Shown: positions 49,601-61,600 of the stretch, one piece after another
How positions within the stretch are numbered: position 1 is the first letter of the stretch
How the letters are laid out: every line of letters begins with the position of its first letter
Source: Stylophora pistillata
Lineage: Eukaryota
Length of the DNA stretch: 64,000 nucleotides
NCBI RefSeq assembly: GCF_002571385.2
Contig: NW_019217947.1
Location: 34,254-98,253, forward strand
Direction: 5' to 3'
Translations under genes and position numbers: made by a program
Notes under the pieces: generated by a model
Seen by the model: the letters and a program-made list of their open reading frames with translations, nothing else
Databases searched by the model: none
Told to the model about the DNA's origin: nothing

Positions 49601-52600
49601 CCACCCAGTAACATCATTTACCCTTAGCGATTGCGTTAACGAAAAATATATATGGCACTTCACTTGCATACTCTTAACGTGAAAGCTAACGGCAATAAAT
49701 GCTAGGTGTAGCTTTATAGTCGAGTTTTGTGTACAGATGATGTTTAATAGTGGGGTTATGCTTTAATACAGGGTCGAAAAGGACTTGGTTCAATATTTGT
49801 GTTTGCTGCTGGAAATGGAGGATATAATAAGGACAATTGCGCCTTCAATGGTCTCGTGAATAGCATCTATACCATTGCTATAGCAGGTGTAAAGAAAGAT
49901 GGCTCATTGCCAGGATATGGCGAAAAATGTCCTGGAATTTTAGCTGTTACATTCAGCAAAGCACTGTTTTCCATTTTAGACAACGCCAAGCTGGTAAGTT
50001 CAGTTGCAGGGAAACCAGATGGTTCGTCTCATTTTAGTGCACTACTGGTTCTTTCACTTGTTCACTTTGACTCTGGGCTTGAAACGATAAACAAATAGTT
50101 AATTGCTTGGTTGATGGACATATGTTTGAATTGAAGTTTTTTTATCTGTCTGAAGGTGAATACAGAAAGGGGGCTAGCTTATTGTATTTGGGAAACGAAA
50201 CGAAATAAAAATGTGCAATTTGCGAAATAGAAATCCGTAAAAGAATTGTGAACATGGTTGAAACTCAAGAAAATCAAAGAGCTTGAGTTCGTTCCATTTT
50301 CCCCAGCATACGTAATATCTTATCTAGAAACATGTTTCAACATTTTCTACGTGTATATTTGGTCAGGAAAATGACTTGTCACGCATTTGAATTATTCATC
50401 GACAACGTACACTGCGTACACCTTATATACATTCATTCAGCTACAGTGTTGCTAATATTTTCAATTACATTTGCTCTTTACGGTGCAACTCTTCTTTCAC
50501 ATAGGCGACGCGATGATTTATTCACGAATGTAGTGGAGATTTCACAAAGAACACTTCGCAGATTTTCATTTATCACTTTCACTAGTGGTTGTTTGATTTG
50601 GTAGACTTTGTATGCAATCCACACTTGTAGTGAACTGGCCAATTCATTCTGGCCGGCCTCTGGAGTTTTCTGCTGAGATTCTCGTTCCCAAACCATTAAA
50701 ACATTTCTACTTTGCAAAGTACAGATTTCTACTTCGCAAATTACAGATTCCTTTTTATCTCACAAATCATTAACAGATTTCTGTTTCACAAATTACAGAT
50801 AACTACTTCGTTTCAATTCGAAAATTACATGTCCACAAGGGACCAAACAAAGCCACGGAAATGTAGGAAAGAAAAGTAACGAAACAGAGACAAACAGAAG
50901 GCATTGGGAAAGAAGTAATTGGGAGTCACTGAAGGTCTGCTGTAATTGCAGCTTCTTTAAGTTTAAGGGTAACAAGGATTTCATCTCCTTCCTCAGATAA
51001 CGGCAGACGAAAAAGGGAAATGTACAGAACACTTTAGTGGTAGTTCAGCAGCAGCAGCAATGGCGTCAGGACTGATTGCGTTAGCTGTCGAGGCAAAGTA
51101 GGGTGTCAATTACGATTTCATTTAATTAGTATATGATATAACAATGGCACATGCATGTGCAATTGAATAGGGGCTGGGTTCCATCAGCATTTTAGAAAGA
51201 ATTTCCTTCAATCTTGGTTTGTTAAAAACACAAAAACAAAACAAAATCTCCATAGTTTAATCATACAGAAGCAAAGTTTGACTTGCCTTTAAATCTGGAA
51301 TTAATTTTTAGGTCAATTCCATTTTCTCTTACTGTATGGTGAAATAGTTGTGAACCTTTTCATGCCTTAAGACCTTTGGATAATTGGCTCCAGCTTGAAA
51401 TCATGTTGGGCATTTTAGAACTTAAAGAGCAAGTAAACTTATCCATTTGACTCTTGTGTTCCGGACATCATTAAAAGGATTTCATTTTTGACTTTCCCAC
51501 CATACTTTGTGCTCTATTCCTGAGGCATTTGAAGTGACATCCTTTCAATTTGGTGCTGTGAGAGTTGTATCATCTTAAGGATATGGTAAACCTTCACAAG
51601 TTTCCGTTTTAAAGGGACACGGTCACGGTCTGCGCATGCTCGTGTGGCCGATCGAAACTTGAAAAAGTCATCTTGACTTTTTCAAGTAGCATTCACAAAT
51701 TCAAAATGGCGTCTAGCGGAGGATCCGGACATGGCGGAAAACGCATTAACTCAGGGCGGAAAACGCATTAACTCAGGGCGGAAACGAAAGGTTGAAGACA
51801 AAGGGGAATACAAGAAAGCGTGGCTGAGGAACCATAAGCGTATTTATGTGGAAGAAAAGACATTTAAGTTGTGGCTGCAGGAAAAATTTGATGCAGGTTA
51901 TGAGTCATTCAGCGACAGCGATTTTACTGATAGGAAAATAAAATAATGCCAGATATCACAGACATTTGTAGCATTTGCGAGGCAGATGTTTATTCTACTA
52001 CACATTATAATTGGAATACAGGTAAGCCTCAGGCGAACTCTACGGCTTTCATAAATATAGGCAGATGACGACTTTTACGCGTCGAAATCGATACCGTCGG
52101 ATTTAATTCTCTTCCCAAATGCAGTGCCTCTGGTCAGAGGTGTCATTTTGAAACACATAAAGAAAACGTATGCATTTCATTCGACGCGACGCTAGTGCGA
52201 CGTTAAAAAAGAGAAGACGCATTATCGATATTTTATCCGTCTTACCAAGACGGATAAAACGTCAAGGACGAATTTAATTCGTTTTAGTAGTCGCGCCATC
52301 GTCGAATTTAATTGCTTGTGGGACCTTGGATTAAATTCGTCTAAATTAAATTCGACTGTAGCGCGACGTATAAACTAGGCCTTAGCCTTGTAGAGTTTTT
52401 TTAATAACTCTTTGTTAGCGTAAAGAAAGGTATGTTACTCGCACCTATCAGATGGCAGCATTTGGGTATGTATCACGCACCAATCAGATTACCGTATTAG
52501 GTTATTGTCTCGCACTAATCAGATTGCCGCATTAGGGTACGTATCACGTACCAATCAAATCGCCACATTAGGGTAGGTATCTCGCACCAATCAGATCACA

Positions 52601-55600
52601 GCACTGGGGTATGCTTGCATCAAACATGGTGTCGTCCCTTTTGCCAATCGTGTTAGGAAATTTAGTTACCACGATACGTTTCTACCATTTAGAAGTTAAA
52701 ACGTGTTTTGTATACCGCACCTTCAATTACAACGCACACACCGTCAGCTGAAGGTCTAACAAGAAATTATCACTAGAGCTTTTTGTTTTGGAAGAGCTAG
52801 TTTTGCTGACTCGTGTAAAACTTGCGCAAAGCATTTGCATCGAGTATATTTAATTGATAATCGTGTTTTTGCCCTGCAACTACTCTTTTTGCGAAGTTTG
52901 AAAAGACCACCAAGTTTTATTTATTTTCTGCGTCGACTGCCTTCTTAAATATCCGTTTCTTTGCTTCTAAAAGTTCTCCATGAATGAAATATCGTGTTTA
53001 AACGGTTCTTTCCCACTACAATTACGTGTTTACTTTTGACTCGTCACTAAGGAATAGACTTTCCCAGTTGCGTAGCATGCCTGTGTTTCTTATAATTACT
53101 CCACGCAAAAAAGATGTCTTGCAATTGACTCTTTGACATTATTACATCTATTTGGAGTACCTTCGGATGATGAGAGTGAAACAAAACAACAATGTTATTA
53201 GCAGCAAATGAGAACTGAGAGCAAATTAAAGTATCTCCTACTTCTTCCAAGAGACAAAGCATTGTTTTGTTAAGAAAGTTCTTGAGTTTCTAGGGCCATA
53301 ATCGGAAAAATACATGTGAAACTCGCCCAAACCAAACAATTGACATAAATTTAGCTGCTGCATTGTGTACTTTGGTTGGAATTCTCGACTCCCTCTAAAA
53401 AATTACCCTACTGGAGTACCCAATGCATTGTGGTTAGAGTGGTATCAAAACCACCAAAATGGCTCACAATTTCCCGCGAAGTTCTTCGTTGAATTCTTTT
53501 ACCGATGTCTCTTCTGACCCTAGCTCTCCTGAGAGCTCTAGAGCAGTTCAAAAAGAGTCGATTGTGCATTAAGAGAATTTATATCATGCTGGGTTAGGCA
53601 GCTAAAACGATGGGAATACCTCCATAAGAGAACCGCTTTGAGAGATGAACGACAACAACACCAGTCCTGATTGTAGTACAGCTATTGCGTGGGGTAAAAG
53701 TCTGAGAAGCATGCCGCCATTCGGAGAAAAAGAAATTGACAATCGACTAATCCACAATTCGAAGACCATGCCCGACCTAAACGCCCGATTAGCGTACAGA
53801 AATAAAAAGCAAGGCTACAAAGTTTGGAAGGAAGGGTATGTACGAAACGTTTTTACTAAAACTGACATTCTCTCTGGGGTTAAACTGCTTTTCTGGTTAA
53901 AGCTAATGTTTCTGCTTCAATGAAGCAACAGAACCATTTGGTCTGCTGTCATCTAGACCGGCTTTATGGTGAAGTGGCTTTCAGTAATTGCAACTATAAA
54001 TCTGCATTTGTAAATCTGTTTGTTATATCTTTTGCGTGACTACAAAAATCTCGAACTGGAAGAAGTCCCGGATGATGTGACCTGCACTCAAAAGCTCCAG
54101 CAGTGGAGTATTCCATCCAACTCTGGTACGACAAAAGCAGTCAAGTTTGAAGAACTGACTTTTGAGAAAGCTGATTACGCTAGAGACAAAGAAAATAAAA
54201 GAAAGCGTCCACTGGTCTAAGGAAAACGAGAAAATTATTGTTCTACTCCGCCATATGGAAAGAAGGTACTAGATTTTTATGTATTTGTTTTGTAGAAAAA
54301 AGTGATTAGAATGTTGGCATTGCCAAAGGTGTTTTGTTGCATTTGTATATTGCATATTTTTTTCTGATGGTGTTTGATTGAATAATTTTTCTATTTTTTA
54401 GGTTCAAACTGATGAATTAAAAGCTTTATATACACCTATACAAAAAAATGGTAAAGCTCAATTATTATGCGCAACTATGGTCGATAATAACTTTGAACCA
54501 AACAGCACTTTTGAAGCAAGCTGTACAGTTCAAAAGAAAAACCAAGAAAAATCTGGTGATAGTTTTAAAAGAGTTTTATTATTTAAAAGTATGTCACAGT
54601 TGGAGGTTGAGCTGAATATTTCACCTCACACTCTACAACGTATTGATAACAATGTTGTTGTTAGCAAAGATGAGGCTGTGGCCATGTAGGTCTCAACTAG
54701 ACTTCAACGAAAAAGCAAAGATTGGTTTAAGGAGATACAAAAAAGATTGACATCGTCATTATTTGGAAGGGTGATCAATTGAAGGGAGAGTATTGCTCCT
54801 GTATCAGTTGGAGAAAGCATAAGTAAAACCAGTACATCAACATCTAGGAGGCAGTGTGGCCGAGTGGTTAGAGTGTCGGACTCGTAATCCGCCGCTCCCG
54901 AGTTCGAGTCCCACCCTGACCACTGGATCTGTTTCACGGTAGCCCCGAGTTCAGATCCTTGGCCTTGCTTGTAAATGCCAACTGGTTTGCCTCCGACTGG
55001 TTGGGGTTCTTAATGATGTTATGTTCAATTTAGACCATTTCTTTCATTTGTTTGCAAGGACCACAATGGAAACTACTGGTTCACCAGTAATTGTGTAATC
55101 CTATAAAAAGACTTTTTTTTTTCTTTTTTTTTTTTTTAGGATGTCCCCTTCATTGAAGTGGGGAATTGATGATGAACATGTTGCTCATGAAATGTACGAG
55201 TCCAAGAGAGGGGAAGAGGTTGCTGACTGTGGGTTGATTAGGAACCCTTCCTGGTCCTGGCTTGTATTTAGCCAAGATGGCATTGTTTGTAGGGAAGCAA
55301 ATCCAATAGGAGCCATTGAGATTAAGCTAACATTGTTTTATGCTCAGTACCTTGTGGATTAGGCCAAGGATTGCAACATTTCCTTTGATCTTTGTAAATG
55401 AACAGTTGAGTTAATCTAAAAACCTGAAATGGACTTTTATTGGTTCCACTACAACAATTTTTTGCATTTATATATTCTATCGTACTTTTAAGGTAGTACA
55501 ATTTTAAATAAACAAATTCGCCAGAGGGGTAGATAATGCGACAACTGACATCCAAGAACACTTTATAGCAGAAATCTGAAAACATTTTATTCAAGGTTAT

Positions 55601-58600
55601 GTAACAAAAGTGTAATAACAAAATCTATCACAGGTCATTGCTTTGATTCCTTTGAGTTCAAGGATAGAAAATGTTGAACATTCTCAAAATAAAAGGGTAG
55701 TGTTTTCTATGAATAAACTGCACATGTAGTTAGAGTGAGTTCGTTAAACCAGCGAAACAAAATTTAACTTTCAAGTGTGATAGTTAAATAGACACAAAAG
55801 AAAACAATGGAATTAGAGTGTACTAAGGTGTAGTAGTATAACATACATTTCATCGGATTTTACCTCTCCCTCTTTTTTTCTACTCACTTTCTGCAACGAT
55901 TGGTTGCAAAAATTGCATAAGTATGTGCAAATTACCCATATTTTGTTAGGTCAGCAGCCATTGATAATGGGAATTACATTTTCCAAATTCTAAAGCATTT
56001 GATTCTGCGAATGGCCCACTTTACATGTATGCGTAGTGCTGCAATCCATCTCGTTTCTGTTTCCTCCTCCAATGACAAATGGTCATTCTCCAAAAGAAAT
56101 GGTGGGATATTAAGTGAAACATTCTTTGGTAGCACATCCTCAATGTCAAATCCCTTATTCCCCATAATCATGCTGTCACCCCTCTTCAAGTACAGAAAGT
56201 ATTCCACAATCTTTAGTAGCCTCCTTATCACTTGTTCCTCCTGAATATAGATCAGAACTAAATGTAATCATTCCAGATGGTGCAATGTCTACTAATCCTT
56301 TAGCAGTGTTGTGGTGTTTGTAATTGGAGTAGGTCTTGCTCTGTGATTTTAGAAAGCTTGACGTTTCTATAAACAGTTCGGTGCAGTCTATTATAACTCT
56401 AGATTGAGGGTAGGAATCCTTAAAGCTCTGAGTCATTGTCTCATTCACAACTGTCCTTGTGGGCCATATTGGATGACTTCTAAATCTTGTGTGTAAGAAA
56501 TCATGCCATGTCGGGGACAATTTGCAGAGAGATATTCTGACGCGTAGTTGTAGAATAATATAAACGCGTCAATAAAGATCATCTCATGATTGTTGACAAC
56601 CTCGGACCCGACAACCGCCAAGTACAAACATTTCCACCATTTGTGATATTTTGTGTTGTCTTGAATTATCTACGCCTACGGTAAAAATTTAACAAAAGAA
56701 AAACTTGAATTAACAACTGATCGGGGTAGAAGGAAAAACCTGATACTTACATTTTCTGTGCAATTACCGGTAACTGTAGGGAAAAAACAAAAAAACTGCA
56801 ACAAGCATAGCATTTACGGTCCCCGACACGAAACTACTCTTAAACCACAGCCATGTGCTACTGAACCACGTGATCTAATCAATACCAGTTCGCAATTCGT
56901 TCATTCGGCCGCTAGTCGGCCTAAACATGCCAAGTTATACAGCTTCTAGAAACACGGGATGGAGAAATTCCAACTCTACATGCTAAATCTTCCTCTAGTA
57001 AACCACATCTTACCCTTGCAAGGACCTTAAAAAATTCTTGTTCTGCGGCAAGAGTCCTTTTTCTTCTCCGTTTTCTCTGATCATAGATTGTTAGTCTCTC
57101 TGAGTTGGTGTTAGTCATAATAAATCGGAGTTTCTACTACAGGACCAAAAGATTCAAAAATACTTCTAAAGACTGTAGTCTCCAAGTCCAGTATAAAATT
57201 TCAAAAGATGAGCATCTTTAAATCTTTCAATTGCAAATGATTTCTTGAAGACTTTGTTGTCTAGATCCTTAATTGCTTTCTAATTCCACTATTCGTAAGC
57301 TTAATTCTTTTTTTTTCCTTGCAATCTTCATGTTCATTTACTTCTGAGGTGTAGTCAACACTACTGCTTTAATTGAAGTGAAGTTCAGTCATTTCGAGAT
57401 CAATTCTTTTACAGCCAGCTCGAGACAAATCCGTATTTAGGTGAAAAGTTGCACGATTCCTTGCACTTTGAGTCGGACGGGGTTTTTGGTACAATATTTG
57501 GAATATTATTGTCGTATGTTTTAGCGCCACCAGGAAGATGGGCTGAACAAACACGATGATGAGGGCTCGGTTTAAAGTTTTTTCGACTTACCAAGAGAAT
57601 CTGTTTCTTTCTTAATTGCTGTTTTTCTTTACTTTGACCTTGGGGAAATCTATAGAAGTGTAAATCTTTATTTTTCTTGTTGTTGTTGTAGCATCCTGGA
57701 ACACAGCAAGTGTACCCGCCTCGTGTCTTTAGGTTTTGTCCCGTAAAACCATCTGATGGCGGTGTTTTATCTTCAACATTGTTCGTATAATCTGGAGGTG
57801 GCTCATTTGGCTCTTTCTGAACCGTTCTAAAGCTCTTAGGAGAGCCAGGTTCTGAAGAGACATCGGTAAAAGAATTCAACGACGAACTTCGCGGGAAATT
57901 GTCCGATATTTCGTCAGTTTTGATAGCACTCTAACCAAAATGCATTGGGCACTCCAGTATGCTAATTTTATAGAGGGAGTCGAGAATTGATTCTTATTTT
58001 ATTTGCAGCAAGTAACTCTGTGGGATTTGGCCTAATGGATGCTCATGGCTTAGTTTCCTTAGCAGTTAACTGGACGACAGTGCCTCCGCAACTAAACTGC
58101 ACAGTGTCTCGAATTTCTGTGAATAGGTTTGTAAATGGATATAGGGTGGATGAAATGATAATACAAACAAGGCCGCTTGTCAATATTCATCTGAACAATG
58201 TAGATCCATGAATACCAGTGGTAATATCTACTTCTTAAATGACCTTTTCTTTCTTAACTACCATGCAGCTTCCAAGTTTCATCCAAAAACCCTGACAGTA
58301 TCGTTCCCACCGAACCAAGCAGTGGCATTATGAATTTTTCTAAATATAATTATATTGTGAATTTAATCTCTGCTTGCCAGGAAATGCTGGACTTCAGATC
58401 TGAGACTCAATTCATAGTTTGAGATCACTTTATTTGTGAGAAAGCGTTAAGTCTCGATGATAAACCTTCAGTTACGGCACATCTATTTCTACAAAAAATT
58501 TTCACTCCTCTTGTAAGCGAGTACCTTTTAATATTAAGACCATCGCGGCCTTAAGTCCCCACCCTTACCCAGTTTTGTCTCTTTCCAGAACAATGATATT

Positions 58601-61600
58601 CACGATCCTGTCTCATGTAGTACTGTTGAAAGTAGAAAATCTGGTCCAAACATGTGGAGAAGACCTAAAACTGATCAAGGGCACAAGCTACTCAAACCTC
58701 AAGCCCACGTCTTACCAGATTTTAGGTTTTTTAAATGTGAAGAATTTAACTTTAACCAACAATTTATCTAGGTTGATTCCTTCGAATGGAACTCTTAAGG
58801 TTACTGCCTCTTTGACTGACCTCAGTCATGTATGCAGAGGAAGCCAGATAAACTTTTTGGAACATGTGCAGGTTCGAGTAAGTCTAAACTACACTTTAAG
58901 AGGGTACCTGGAGATGAGCCTCACCTCTCCACAGGGGTCAACTTCTCTTCTTCTTCAGAGTCGTACCAAAGATAATTCGCCATATGAAACGTACTTGACT
59001 AACTGGACCATTTTGACTCTGCATCATTGGGGTGAAAACCCCTTGGGAACTTGGGAACTTGCGCTGAAGAATTCACGGCCGGATCAAGAAAGTGAAGGTA
59101 GTTATTACAAAAGATTGCATTGCCTTGATTTCATGACTTTGTGTCATGTCTAACTCAGAGGCTTTCTGTAATGAAACAAAACGAAATGAAAATCTGTAAT
59201 TTGCAAAATAAGAATATGTAAAAAAAAAAAAAAAAATCGTAAACATGCCAAACCTCAGGAAAATCAAAGGGCTTGGGTTAGTTCTATTTTTCCCAGCAAA
59301 CGCGATATTTTATCTGGAAACATGATGCGACATTTCCAGATATGATTTCGGTCAGGCAAGTCTCATGTCACCCATTCGAATTATTCACCGGCAACGCATG
59401 CTGCCTACACCTCATATACAGTATAGCTACAGCGCCTGCTAATATTTCAAATTACATTTGCTATTTATGGCTCAATGGCGCAACTCTTCTTTCACATAGA
59501 CCCTATGCATAGATTTATTGATGGATGTAGTGGAGATTTCGCAAAGAACACCACGTAGATTTTTCATTTTTCACTTTTGCTAGTGATTGTTAATATGATT
59601 ATTAACAATTTACTATTTTGTAAATTACAGATATCTATTTTGCAAATCATTATCAGACTTCTATTTTACAAATTACAGATTCTAAATTGGTTTCGTTTTG
59701 TTTCATAAATCACAGTTACTCAAATCATATGTTATTGACCAAGGGTGAGGTCAAGAGGACTGAATAATGGCCGAACTGTTTTTTTCTTTTCTTTTTATAA
59801 GGTGAAGTTGAGGTCCCTAAAAACGCAAAAAAAAAAAAAAGAAAAGAAAAAGAAAAAGGTGCCACCGGGCGGTGGGTTTTAAGAGGATTTGTTTTGGTGG
59901 TGTTTCATTTGCTTTTCTGTTTGCTCGGTGGGGGATGCTTGTGCATGAGGCACAGCAGTGGTTCAATATTTAGGCGCTTATTTTACTAGTTGCAAAACAC
60001 ATTATAATGTCTTCTTTATATCTAAAAAAGGATAGTGATTGTAAATGCTTCTTCCTTCAACTAGTCTGATTAGTTTATGTGGTAAGAGATACAGGAGCTT
60101 TATTTTGTTAAGAATGTGGTTGTTTTGTACGGTGGCCCACAACTATCACGGCGAAAAGAAATCGCTCGCCGCCCAAAGAAAATCGCTGACGGCCAAACGA
60201 AATCGCTCACGGCCAAAAGAAATCGCTCACGGCCAAAAGAAATTGCTCACGGCGAAAAGAAATTGCTCAAGGCAAAAAGAAATTACTCACGGCAAAAAGA
60301 AATTGCTCACGGCGAAAAGAAATTGCTCACAGCGAGAATAATTTCATTTCGCGGGTATCTTTAAAACAGGGAACGGGGAATATGAGAATGGGGAAAGGGG
60401 AATGGAAAATCTTTAAAACGGGGAATCTTTAAAAGCGGGAATCTTTAAAATGAGGAATCTTTAAAAGCGAGAATCTTTAAAATGAGGAATCCTTAGAAGC
60501 GTGAAATGGAATCTACAAAATGAATGAGTGGTCTGTGGAAAAGTTGATCGTTTTTTCAATTTAAGCAAGCGAATCAAAATTCATGACTGTTGACACAAGT
60601 AAAACTACACTATAATGGAAGGGCACTCAGCACATGTTTTCAACACTCGACATAATTAAATTACTAAAATAATTCCAGCATTAGAATCGTTATGCTGATC
60701 GACATGTTTCGTTGCGGTAATTCCCTATCTAATAACAAAGCATAGTGAGCGGCTCAATTTTTTGGTGTTTGTTAAGGGAGATGACAAAACGCGGAGCCCT
60801 ACTCCATGGAGTACCTTAAGCTACATGGAGTTACATGTACCTTACCTACATGGAGTACATGTACCTTACCTACATGGAGCTACATGTACCTTACCTACAT
60901 GGAGTACCCCTAAAAGTCATGTATCGGTCAGATAAAATACTTTATAAACATGGTAAATCGTTTAGTTGTTCTTAATGTATTTTGATCTTGCCAGCTGTAT
61001 TATTGTCACAGTTCGATACATTGTCCACGAATTGACCGCCGTCTTGAATTTAACATTAAACTGCTGGCCACTTCAAACTGAAGGCTTAATTGTAGTCCGT
61101 GAACGTTTTCTTTTATGGGCTGACTACGATCTTCATCTTATGATCTTCAAAAGGCCAAAAGCACAGACAGACTTCATTCGGCAGCGGGTTTTACGTCTTT
61201 CAAAATACCTATTTATGTAGGGTGTCTGTTAGAGGTGTGGCGTTTAATCTATTAACACAGGGCCTCATGGGTTCTTAATTGTGTGAAGCGATGAGGATAA
61301 AAGCTAGGACTTAAAAAAAGTAATTCATGTGTTTGAACTGACCTTCCCTTCACCCATCTATTTGTAGCGTAACAAAATTGAGATGTGTAAGGAAACGAAA
61401 CAGGCAGCCGGCTGTTATTTGAACCCTGGGGATAATACCGAAAAACGATATAGATCAGAGTATTCAAGAATAATTGCTTATAGGGCGAAAAAATTACCCA
61501 TCGAATTTTGTGCTTGTCAGTCTTCTTTTCCAACTGCTCCAGGCTGTCATCTCTTTTTGCCTTTTAACCCTCCCGTATTAACTTGTTCTTTATTCCATGT

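Larger units (their letters stand above)
53383..57985. mobile_element. ISL2EU-like (PIF/Harbinger group) DNA transposon, full-length but inactivated
   Basis: 175-bp TIRs; AT (or AATT) TSD; minus-strand THAP+HTH+DDE_Tnp_4 transposase and a convergent plus-strand YqaJ-type exonuclease ORF. Confidence 0.88.

Noticed and set aside
51262-51295. cag|aag caa agt ttg act tgc (SLTC) as the missing LTWRD exon
   Set aside because: Wrong phase, immediate stop, no RD or QH
54847-54925. tRNA gene
   Set aside because: Continues into a SINE body and tail and interrupts a transposon ORF
60045-60364. Lys/Arg-rich repetitive ORFs or a CRISPR-like array
   Set aside because: Head-to-tail 20-bp tandem repeat without spacers, in a eukaryotic intron
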